A DNA stretch of 63,471 bases, the filler included, from Octopus bimaculoides (Eukaryota), in assembly GCF_001194135.2 (NCBI RefSeq). It is 6 parts of 6 records of this genome, joined end to end, with 100 filler letters (N's around TTAATTAATTAA, not from the genome) between each part and the next. Parts side by side here need not be neighbours in the genome. Positions count along the whole stretch, not along the records: positions 50,774 to 58,817 come from NW_026435278.1; positions 58,918 to 62,239 come from NC_068983.1; positions 62,340 to 63,471 come from NW_026329793.1; 3 more parts are not named here. One strand, given 5' to 3'. The notes under the pieces are model-generated. The model was not told where the DNA came from and did not search any database. It worked only from the letters and a program-made list of their open reading frames with translations. This document shows positions 52,746 to 63,471 of this stretch, piece after piece. The first letter of the stretch is position 1; each line of letters begins with the position of its first letter. The position numbers and the translations under genes are program-made.

Positions 52746-53534
52746 TTGGTATATGTGTGTGTGTGTGTGTGCGTATGTGTGTGGAGGGGTGTACATGGGG
52801 AGTGAGAAAGATAGATATACATAAGAATACTAAAGTAAAGAAAATACGCGTCAAAGAATATGCGAGAACGCCGTCTGGCTGCCGTCTGTCACTACCATAC
52901 CATTACCACAATACAATTAAAAACGAGACACCACCACCTGCACTGTTCCCACCATCACTACCACTACCAATCACCACCACCACTCCATTAGAACCCCCAC
53001 TACCACCACCAATCACCACCACTCTACTAGAACCACCACCACCACCACCTCAGCTAATTCTTCCTCTATAGACCCTGAAAACAGATCCAACACTATCTGC
53101 AAACCCCTAATTTTATTACTCGTTTCCATGAGAAAGCCATTGATGTAATTGACGGTGAATGGGTGAATGGCTGGCTTATTTGGGGGTTTTGTATTTAACA
53201 TCCGATTACACGGTTGGCAGTTTCTACAAAGGATGATGGATTACACAAGGGGAAAATGGCGGGTTGGAAGAAGGTCTAGATTACTTAGTTTCACCACCGA
53301 TACCAACCTCACCGCCTAAAGAATTACACCAAAAGAAGCCTCTCTGTGTTTGTTGGACATGCTAGAAATAACAGCAGAAACTCAAACACATGAAAAATCG
53401 ACATGTCGGATAAGTATGGATTCCCTGCATGTAGAATTTAAAAAATGGATAGGTCATGGCTGAGATGCCTTTCGTCATAGGTTTGCCCAATCAGATATGA
53501 TCATAATCACCAACAACACTAAAAAGTTCTATAT

Positions 53535-53705
53535 TTAAGAGATGAGGAATTATGTACATTATTTACATTATTTACATTCGACGGATATTTGTCCTGATCT
53601 TGTTTGTTGTTAACACATTTCGGCTGATATAACCTGCAGCCGTCATCAGGTGTCTTGGGGAAATTTCGAACCTGGGTTCTCATTCCTAAGGTATTTTTCG
53701 ATGTT
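53535..53705 (-). mobile_element. Penelope-like element terminal repeat (family F)
   Basis: Second copy of 40113-40265; bordered by an (ATT)n tract. Confidence 0.7.
53612..53654 (-). ncRNA. Minimal type I hammerhead ribozyme-like motif (stem III lost in this copy)
   Basis: GACAC CTGATGA C GGCTG-caggttatat-CAGCC GAAA T GTGTT: conserved core, perfect 5-bp stem II, stem I GACAC/GTGTT. Confidence 0.6.
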
Positions 53706-55408
53706 GTTGTTATTATTATTATTATTATTACACAGTGAATTTAGCCACCGTGTATATCTAACTTTAAACAGTATAGTCAGCAATAGGTTATATAGTTACC
53801 GCCAAAAAAAGAAAAAGAAATCCATATTTATACTTAAACACTAATATATATTTATATTATGTTCCAACATTAATCAGATGGTTTACAAAGTTTTATGCTT
53901 ATCTCATAATTAGCGCCATATAGAGAAATTCCTATTTAACACTAATGGCGGCTCTTTTAAGTCTTTTTTCCTTTTGTCAGAAATTTTTCAAATTTTCACT
54001 CCTGGAGTAGTTTTCCATGCTAACGACGAAAATTATATTCATAATAGAAAAGTTACAGGCATTTAAAGTTATGTAATTATTGCGAGTCGTAAAATCATGT
54101 TCCCTCTGTGATATCGTTTTTTTTTTTTTGCTATAGCACACAGCTCTTGAGAAAAAAATCATTGTTGCTTCTTCCTCTGTTTTCATACTCTCTAACAGTC
54201 ATGAAATTCTCCATTAAAGAGATCATTTTATAGGAAAATAATTCTTGCATTTTGAGCAAAAACAGATCCGGTTTGCTGTACTGGGACGTCGACACGTGAA
54301 TAACACGTGATTTTTCGTCACCAGCCTGCAAAACTACAACAGTGTAGAAGAAATTCTGACGGCAGGAGGAATTTAAAAAGATCCCTAGTGATTTCGCACA
54401 TGTCTCATTCCTTGTATTGGTAACATCCTATCAGGTTGCACCACTGCGGCATGTGTTTCCAAATCTCCTTCTGTCTCACCCTCATTAACCAGACACAATG
54501 GGTAGGCAATGAGGCAATTCTTTTGATCGAACTACTGGAATGTTTCTCGTTGAAATTAGCGAAGATCAATTTACACTAATACACACACGTGTGTGTGTGT
54601 ATTAGTGTAAACTGGGCATGCATGTGCTCTACATAACATTTCTTAATTCATTTAAACAACTGTATACTAGTATAGGTGTTCAATGTTAACGCTACTACAT
54701 ATCTACATTCACAATACTAACGTATAGTGAGATAACTTTTTAGCATTAATTAACCAGACAGACTAAACCACAGTTGTTGGCCTAATTGTTACATAGTCAC
54801 ATGCTGGTTAACATTATGAATTAGCCAGAAGAAAGTTAGCGCTAATAACTAATTTTTATGACCACAGTGTAGGATAGAACGAAGTTATCATCAGTCCGTA
54901 ATCAGTCCCGAAAGTTAACAACCGAGTAGACTCCGTTAAAGATACTCATTTGTCCAGATGGTGATTTTAGACAAGGTGACAGATTAAGTCCCTTTTGCTT
55001 ATAGTTATAACATTAAGCACGTAGTGTAGACTGTTGTAGGTCTTACAATTAAAGTCACATATACAGAATCAGATTTATTTCGGCTGTTTTTGTTATAAAC
55101 ATATAAAGGAAGGAAAACAATGAGCGGAAGATTCTAATTAGAGAATATCTTTCGCAACATTTCCGTTTTTCTCTTTACACACACATTCACACATTGTTTA
55201 TGGTGGTGTTTAATTTCTGGTAATTCCATCATTTAATCTAACAAAATGAAAACAACAAGGTTTGTCTCGGCAATATTTCGGCTTATATGTATGGTTGCTT
55301 GTGTGTAAAAGAGAGTGTTTGTGTGGGTGTTTATATATACAAACATACATACATATATATATGTGTGTGTGTATGTGTCTGTATGTGTGCATGTGTGTGT
55401 GTGTGTTG

Positions 55409-55515
<107 letters not shown>

Positions 55516-56486
55516 TATGTATATTACATTTTATATGTACACATGCATATATACTTAATACATGTATGTATGTATGAAATACGTGAAGTAGTACTCCTAC
55601 TTTATTATTAATAGGAAGTGAAAGGTAGGCAAAAATGCACAGATGACGGAGTCATTTGGGCAACGGACCACCAACCAAGAGATCGTTGGTTCAAGTTGAG
55701 GCATCGCGATTACGTTTTGTCTCTGATCAAAACACTGAACTCTGAAAACTGTCCAGTTCACTTTGCATTAATGTTATTGCACTCATTGTTGTTACAGCCT
55801 CATGCATAATATATCTAGAACTTCCTTATTCAATGTGTTTATCTTTTTGCCTCTGAAAGGCAGTAGGGTGTCATTCGAAGAATATTTGGCTGCTATTTTT
55901 TGCATGTTAACTCACCATTCTGAACAGGCTCCATTAGTAACTTAATTTAAAAGGAATACTAGTGTGTAATGTTGATAGATTTCTTTCTAGTCTGATAAAC
56001 GTCACCGCGATTTTGCAGCAGAGACCACAAAGTTGATCTTTGTGATTTAAAAATAATTCAGGCGAAGGTCAGGACACACTGACACTAAAGGTGGCCATTT
56101 GATACAAAATAAAAACTTCGGTCAATGCTACCTCCAATACGAGACGCTATATCATATCTCAGACTCAAATCCGGTACATTCTTACCACCAACCCTATATC
56201 GTCAATTCTGATTACGATAATATAAGGGGGTACCTCTGAGCAATTCCAGTTTACCGGTCAGCCTCACACCTAATGGTAAATAATGTGAATATGAATTCGA
56301 AGATATATATGTACAAGTACGGGTATGTGTATATGTATATGTTTATATGTTTGCCTGTGTATAGATATATGTATACGCTTATGCCTGTGTATATATGATA
56401 AGCTAATGTGTGTATACATATACATGTTTGAATCTATGAATATATGAATGCGACTAAGTATGTGTATATTACATGCTTCTGCATAC

Positions 56487-56534
<48 letters not shown>

Positions 56535-57321
56535 NNNNNNNNNNNNNNNNNNNNNNNNNNNNNNNNNNNNNNNNNNNNNNNNNNNNNNNNNNNNNNNNNN
56601 NNNNNNNNNNNNNNNNNNNNNNNNNNNNNNNNNNNNNNNNNNNNNNNNNNNNNNNNNNNNNNNNNNNNNNNNNNNNNNNNNNNNNNNNNNNNNNNNNNNN
56701 NNNNNNNNNNNNNNNNNNNNNNNNNNNNNNNNNNNNNNNNNNNNNNNNNNNNNNNNNNNNNNNNNNNNNNNNNNNNNNNNNNNNNNNNNNNNNNNNNNNN
56801 NNNNNNNNNNNNNNNNNNNNNNNNNNNNNNNNNNNNNNNNNNNNNNNNNNNNNNNNNNNNNNNNNNNNNNNNNNNNNNNNNNNNNNNNNNNNNNNNNNNN
56901 NNNNNNNNNNNNNNNNNNNNNNNNNNNNNNNNNNNNNNNNNNNNNNNNNNNNNNNNNNNNNNNNNNNNNNNNNNNNNNNNNNNNNCATAAATATGTATAT
57001 ATATATGCATATATATATATGTATGTGCTTATGAATATATACATGTGTATGTGTATATATATATGTGTGTGTGTATGTTTGTATATACATAAAATATATG
57101 TATGCATATGTATATATATATATATGCATATTTGCATGCACGTATATATGTACATTGCATACACACACACACACACATACACACACATATACATTCATAC
57201 ATACACAGATATATAAGTACAAGAGCAAAATCTTTTCAAATACTCATACATAGATATATAAAGATATATGTACTCACACGTACATATATCTAATATACAT
57301 ATATATATATATATATATGTA

Positions 57322-57352
<31 letters not shown>

Positions 57353-58249
57353 CGTTGAAGGTGTGAAATTATGATTTTCGGGACGATAATTGACGAGGAA
57401 AGAGCATGTCTATGTCTAGTGTGAATTTTCAGATAGAGAAGAGAAGAAGGAAGTGTGAACACAGAAGAAAGAAGGGAAAGGGAAATTAAGAATGGAATTT
57501 GAAGTGCGAGAAAGTGGTACGATTTCAGAATTTTCTAGATTTGAAGGAGGGTATAATGAAAAATTTCAGGATTAAAACTAAAGGTCGTAAAGAATTAAAG
57601 TTGTCACGGGTTGTGCCTTATAAGATGTATTTCAGTTTGACCTTATTTTGGATTCTATTTTGTTTCATTAACGTATTTTCATGCAAATGTAAAAATTGCT
57701 GACATTCAACTTTGTTTTCTTAATGCATTGTTAGTCGCCTGCCTAAACTGATGTATGTTTTACAAGTGTGGAATATCTTAAACATTGGCACTTGTCGTTT
57801 GAACAGGTGAGCTTTTACAGGTTATGGGGCTGGAGAATTTGCATGAGATACCTTGAAGAAATCGTAGTGTGTGGTTTTCAATGTGGGTGCGTGTGTGCTT
57901 GTGCGTGTATGTGCGTGTATATTTTTACTTCTTTCCTTCTTACACATTCTAATCCCACCATCCTTATACGTCCCACCCCACCCCATCCATTTCATCCCAC
58001 TCCCACATACCCCATCCCTTCTCCATCTTCAATCCAACCCACACCTCAGTCTTGCTTCCTCCACTCTCGCCTCCCCCACACTCCAACACCATCACACCAC
58101 ACACTACCACACCACATCTTGTCACACCACACACCACCATACCACATCTTGCCACACCACACTACATCACACCACCCCGCATATACTAGCACTGACCACT
58201 TCCAGCACCCTCACCATCATCCACACACCTACACATCTGTTTGTTGTTT

Positions 58250-58650
58250 ACACACCTGTCTTCGTCTTTTTTTTTGTAAATTCTCCGGCCCCTCTCTGAG
58301 AGGACACCTTGCAAAGAAACGAACAAGAGACAACAATCAATGGACACTAACAAACTGTCCCATCCGTGACACAGATTTATGCTAACGGGTAAATGTGTAT
58401 AGAACACAATGTAAGAAATGCAACAAGTTCTATTATGTCGGTAGCACAACAAGACCGTAACACATCCGCATCAAAGAATATCTGAACACGAGAGCCTCCT
58501 CCTTCAGAAAACATCTAGATAGATGCCGGAACACTGACAAAAGCATAACAGGCACAATTGAGGCCAATGAAAGAAATTTGGGTAATTTAAGAATTAAGGA
58601 AGCTATACTCATACGCAGACAAGGGCCCCAAAGTAACAACAGGCTGGAGG
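58250..58650 (+). mobile_element. Penelope-like element linker + GIY-YIG endonuclease relic
   Basis: SGPSLRGHLAKKRTRDNNQWTLTNCPIRDTDLC, then (frameshift) NVYRTQCKKCNKFYYVGSTTRP*HIRIKEYLNTRASSFRKHL...LRIKEAILI...PQSN: VY..C..C...YVG.T.R....R..E(H) and EA..I....P..N motifs. Confidence 0.88.
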
Positions 58651-58923
58651 TTGGTAATCAATATATTATTTAGCTACATCTGGATACGTGTAGGTTCAAT
58701 TTTGATAATGTGCTCATCTATTGTTTATGACAAGAAAAAGAAGAGAAGAGATAAAAGGGGAAAAAAGGAAAAGGGTCATTACATAACATTTTCCTGTGTA
58801 CCTTTTTGTTCCTATATNNNNNNNNNNNNNNNNNNNNNNNNNNNNNNNNNNNNNNNNNNNNTTAATTAATTAANNNNNNNNNNNNNNNNNNNNNNNNNNN
58901 NNNNNNNNNNNNNNNNNATTTAC

Positions 58924-59158
58924 TTTTTGAACCAGTTGAAGACACACGAGATGTCGAAATATCGTTCACTAGATAACAAATGGCACTCTTCTTTTAATTT
59001 TGACTCTATATCTTCAGGAGGAGTTACCTCAATCCTTTCTATATTAACCAAAATGAAGTAGATTGACAAATTTATTTTTTGAACCAGTTGAAGACACACG
59101 AGATGTCGAAATATCGTTCACTAGATAACAAATGGCACTCTTCTTTTAATTTTGACTC

Positions 59159-59161
<3 letters not shown>
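58924..59161 (+). repeat. Two identical 86-bp direct repeats, period 152 bp
   Basis: 58924-59009 equals 59076-59161 (TTTTTGAACCAGTTGAAGAC...TTTTGACTCTAT). Confidence 0.92.
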
Positions 59162-59187
<26 letters not shown>

Positions 59188-59190
<3 letters not shown>

Positions 59191-59485
59191 TGGTTTGGCT
59201 CATGTTTGGTCTTATTCCTGGTAGGATTTATGTGGGTAGAAATTTGCTACTTGTAACCTTAGGTATCCACAAGTTTACAGCAGTCTTTCAAGTACTTAGA
59301 ACCCTCCTGGTAATCCTTACTGTCCTTAAGAGACAAACTTTCTGTAAGAAATCTACTGAGCATTCTATTTCAATCTCCTTCAGTTATTTGTCTATGTCTT
59401 TGCTTACTATTCCCAACGCACCAATTATTAGAGGCACGACCTTTATTGCACGCATGCTCCGAATTCTCCCTATTTCAAATTTGAA
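59188..59485 (-). mobile_element. Dong/R4-like LINE 3' fragment 1
   Basis: IKVVPLIIGALGIVSKDIDK*LKEIEIECSVDFLQKVCLLRTVRITRRVLS; 3' end abuts (TAA)n. Confidence 0.8.
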
Positions 59486-59554
59486 AGGATTGTATAATTA
59501 TTATCATTATTATTATTATTATTATTAGTAGTAGTAGTAGTAGTAGTAGTAGTA

Positions 59555-60560
59555 TCCTTATATGTTTGGATTTTGCTTTGTATTCGTACAAGTTGACTCC
59601 ATGTCTCATCCAGGGACCTCAAGTGACAACAAATTAGAAGTTCAAGTTGGTGTTCTAGCCAGAGTGCCATATATTTGATTTTACACAGAGTATTGTTCTA
59701 GAGAATGCCTATCAAAACATAAATAAATAAGAAATTTGTTTTAAAAGTAATTTGATTGTAAGATGTGTCAGTCTGATGTTAAGATAACTGTAAAAGGTGT
59801 TTGCTGTTATGTACATTTGAAACTATTTTGACACTGTTTACGGATAAAAATATTTGGGGGATTACATAGACAATATTTTACGTAGGATATGGGCAGTTCC
59901 AATGAGCACTATGTTTTGAATTTCTACCATTTTTTGGATTTCATGGCATCTGAGCTAGGTAGTAATCAGTCCCTTTTGCTATCATTCCGAAGACACCTAT
60001 GACAACAGGTATTGTTTTAGTCTTGAAGTTCCAAATTTTACCAATTTTTATTTCAAGATCTTTATACTTGCTCAGTTTTTGGTAGGTCTTGACAGATACA
60101 TTTATGTCTTTTGGGACAGTTGTATCGATGAGGAGGCATGATTTTTGTCTGAAATCCGTCAATATATTGTCTGGTCTATTCGTATCTATCTTTCTCTCTG
60201 TTTGAACGGGGAAGTTCCAAAGGAGTGAGATGTAGTCATTTTCAAGCACTGGAGGTGATTTGTGTTCCCACCAGTTTTTATCATGGGACAAGTCCAAGTC
60301 TTTGCAAATTACCCAGTAAATATACTGTGCTGCTCTATCATGCCTGTTGAGATACTCTGTAGGCGCAAGAAGACTGTACATGGAGACAACATGATCGATG
60401 GTTTCATTTTGTTATTTACATACACATGTTGGGCTACTGTCGTTCTTTAAGATGCTGGCCTGGTATCTTCTTGTAGGTAGGTATTGATCTTGGGCTGCCA
60501 TCTTCTTTCAGTTCTGTTTCCATTTCTTACCGAATGTCTTCCTGACACCTAGGGCAGAGA
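59555..60560 (-). mobile_element. Dong/R4-like LINE 3' fragment 2 (zinc-knuckle region + restriction-like endonuclease + 3' UTR)
   Basis: AAQDQYLPTRRYQ...; LLAPTEYLNRHDRAAQYIYW...LLWNFPVQTERKIDTNRPDNIL...CLLIDTTVP...KLSKYKDLEI...TIPVVIGVFG (RHD, NRPD, ID, KY RLE motifs). Confidence 0.9.
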
Positions 60561-60749
60561 AACGTACTGTATACATTGGTAGGCCATTAAAACAAGCACA
60601 CTAAATTGTTCATTTACAGTCATGTGATAGAGAAAAGGGAGAAGGACAGAGAAAAGGGAAAAAAATAAAAAATAGAAAAGTAAACAAATAACATAAAGGG
60701 GGACTATTATTATTATTATTATTATTATCATTATTATTATTATTATTAT

Positions 60750-61287
60750 TGAGTAAGAAAGCAGCGCATGCATTCAAATTGACACTGGGGTACAAATATA
60801 CGAAGCCCAGTATACTCATCATGACTACCCGTCTGATAAGGGTACACCAGGCACATGCATCACAACAATATGTGCGTGATATGGTAATTTCACATCAAGA
60901 TAAAGAGCACATGACCTTGCAAGTAGGGCTCAGTTAGAATTTTCTTCATGTTGAGGTCCCTGATTAAGGTTTGTTTAAGGATGTTGAATGAAACATCCAT
61001 GTTTCCAGAGGGGAATTACTGAAACTCCAAAGAATTCCTCTCAACACATGGCTATTATGCTCTCCCACTACTTCTGCTCGTTATCAAAGATGTACTTATC
61101 GTCAGCCACTAAGGGACATGCTCAAATTGCTAAGGTCAAGCAACTGACAAGCAACTCTGTGGTAATGGGCAGAATACTTGCAGTGGCCCATCTTTTATTC
61201 CAAGACAACACACGTAGATGATAGCACTTCCAGCCAGTTAAGATCAAAGGCCACGAGAGTCACTGCTTGGTAGTGCATAAGGGCATT
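60750..61287. repeat. Unclassified insert between two (ATT)n tracts
   Basis: Non-coding ~540-bp block bounded on both sides by (ATT)n; I recall it as a common octopus interspersed repeat but there is only one copy here. Confidence 0.4.
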
Positions 61288-61329
61288 TATTATTATTATT
61301 ATTATTATTACTTTTATCATTATCATTAT

Positions 61330-61915
61330 AGACGTCGCACAATATACAGTACTGTGAGGGTGTTGATTGAAGATATTGTGTATACCGGGGGTTTGTACTG
61401 TTAGTCAAATCACAAGGACCTCAGACAGACAGTACTTCATGCAATATGCGTGCAGTTCCAAGTAAAGCCAACTTTTGTAATACATCTAGATTGTAAGGTA
61501 TCTCTGGGGTTTTCAGATGTTTTTTTTTTTCAGATTAGGTGGTATTGAACCCAATGCTCCGATGACAATAGGGATAACATTTATGTTCGACTCCCGGAGC
61601 TGTCACATCTTAGCGATCTCAATTCTCAGGTCTCCATATTTTTCTCTTTCTTTCATGATATGTTGATCTCCTGGCACTGTTACGTAGATTATTAGGCACT
61701 CTTGTTTGTTCCTCCTAAAGGTTACTATATCCGCATTTGGAGCTCTAACACTTTGTCTGTCTGGAAATCAAAGTCTCAGAGGATTTTTACCTTCTCCCTT
61801 TTCGTCCATTACCTCTTCCGGTGTATGTTGGTACCAAGCACCCGTAACCTCGTATCCATACTAACGGCATAGTAGCCAGCGGAGGTTTTGGGCTACTTTG
61901 TCGTGTCTACGCTTG
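61330..61915 (-). mobile_element. Dong/R4-like LINE 3' fragment 3
   Basis: KRRHDKVAQNLRWLLCR...WYQHTPEEVMDE...APNADIVTF...CLIIYVTVPGDQHI...EKYGDLRIEIAKM...NVIPIVIGALGSIP. Confidence 0.85.
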
Positions 61916-61939
61916 TATTATTATTATTATTATTATTGT

Positions 61940-62239
61940 TCAGTAGTTTTATTTTTATAACGTGCTTTCACTTCACTACCAAGCGCAGCTCTGTGCGCCT
62001 TGGGTGTGTGCTGTTTGCTGTGGTGCTCTTATGTTTACTGTATTGAAAGTGTTTTGCGAAGAATGTGTGCAGTACCCAGTAGTGCAATTTTCTGTATGTT
62101 ATATATATTTGTAAGTCCTGGTGTTTTTGTTATGTATTTGTCTGAATATTTTTTTTATTATACCTAAGGCACCTACTATGATAGGAATTGTTTCTGTTTT
62201 TAGATTCCACATTCGAGTTATCTCTATTTCCAGGTCTTT
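61940..62239 (-). mobile_element. Dong/R4-like LINE 3' fragment 4 (cut by gap)
   Basis: KDLEIEITRMWNLKTETIPIIVGALGIIKKYSDKYITKTPGLTNIYNIQKIALLGTAHILRKTLSIQ*, then short 3' UTR and (TAA)n. Confidence 0.88.
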
Positions 62240-62348
62240 NNNNNNNNNNNNNNNNNNNNNNNNNNNNNNNNNNNNNNNNNNNNTTAATTAATTAANNNNN
62301 NNNNNNNNNNNNNNNNNNNNNNNNNNNNNNNNNNNNNNNATATATACA

Positions 62349-63471
62349 CTAGCAGAGATACCCAGTGTTGCTCAGGATTAAAATGGCATAATTTGTATCT
62401 ATATTACAGTGCAGCATTGACGACAAATCATTTGGGGAGTAAATGGTGGGCTTATTTCACTAAGTGACATGTCATGCATCCGTTTGGAGGATTCCAGGCC
62501 CTAACCTGTCATGGAAAATTGGACGTGGAGGGTACGTGATTTTTTAACGCACTGAAAAGCTGTCAGTGGATATAATAACCTTTGCGGTGGTTGGCACTGC
62601 ATCTAACATGACCCATCGTCTGAAGTTTTGACACCTCCTTCAGCTCTGTTGTCGGACATCACACATAAAGTAAATTTGGAGGAACTTTTGTTGTTCATGT
62701 GTGGGTAACAGGGACCCAATGAGGTGACAGACTTGCCCTTGAACTTTGAATGTCAACATAAATCCATGTTCAACTACCTCCTTAGATGCACCAAATGATG
62801 TCATTTGAAATACAGAGTTGTATTGTCTGATATTTTTCAGAAAACCCTTTGACTGGATGGAAGTGCCTTCCAGAAGATCCATAAGATGTTGAAAAGGAGC
62901 TGGTAGTGCTGGCAATCTTACCTAACTGCCTGAGCAGCACATGGCATTAGCTTCATCTGGAAATTTTAAAACTTTGCAAAAAAGACAATTTGAGTTTTAG
63001 CACACCAGTTTGGTGTGCTAAATTATCGTTTTTATAAGAATTGGATGGATCATATTTGAAACCAGCTCCGGGAGTTGTGAAGAATGAATTTGTACATAGT
63101 CTGTTTCTGAGAGCTGTTCTATTGAACCATTGTCTAATCATTAAAACGTTGTGTTAATGATTCGGTATTAAGTGCTGCAGCATGCCTGTGCTGATTTTGG
63201 GAAAGTTTCATCTCCCTTCAGTATTGAGACTCCATCGGACGTGCTGCAGTGCAAGACTTGTCCGAGAACAGGCAGATATCAAGTAGAGAAGTGAACGGTA
63301 ATGATATAAAAAAGTAAAAGTATAAAAAGAACGAAAAAAATACTAACAAGTTCTTAAATTATTCCGAGATTATCAGAGTTGTTTCCCTTACACGTGGTTT
63401 AATAATTATCTCCCTTGACACATTTAACGTTCATGTCATTTAAATATTTACGAATAGAGGAAATATGGAAA
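62349..63471 (-). mobile_element. Helitron, internally deleted, with recognisable 3' terminus
   Basis: FLKNIRQYNSVFQMTSFGA...FMLTFKVQGQVCHLIGSLLP...QKFLQIYF (Helitron RepHel N-terminal region); ends CCTGAGCAACACTGGG-tatctctg-CTAG followed by T. Confidence 0.85.

Noticed and set aside
56186-56269. Apparent 84-nt minus-strand exon (GVRLTGKLELLRGTPLYYRNQN*)
   Set aside because: Stops in all three frames before the donor.

Overview
Eukaryotic, AT-rich, gap-ridden draft-assembly DNA dominated by microsatellites and decayed transposable elements. The SINE types, Dong/R4-like LINEs and microsatellite density point to a coleoid cephalopod, probably Octopus (inference). I recognise no intact protein-coding gene, rRNA, true tRNA or CRISPR array. 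Nearly all ORFs in the supplied track are translations of microsatellites or N gaps. Recognisable content: four tRNA-headed SINE types (a CORE-type SINE with an internal microsatellite, a Nin/Deu-type SINE with 10+ copies, two others), two Ty3/Gypsy RT-RNaseH relics, a mariner relic, a CR1/Jockey-type RT fragment, five Dong/R4-like RLE LINE relics (four co-oriented in a stretch punctuated by TAA tracts), a Penelope GIY-YIG fragment, two Penelope-type terminal repeats with hammerhead-ribozyme motifs, a TIR MITE, a possible piggyBac end and a deleted Helitron. The best-supported unusual signals are the minimal hammerhead reconstructable from two damaged copies, the TAA-associated Dong stack, and inverted SINE pairs. 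Several candidate host-gene exons are flagged, but at a splice-site density where chance hits are expected. The TTAATTAATTAA islands in N runs are assembly linkers.
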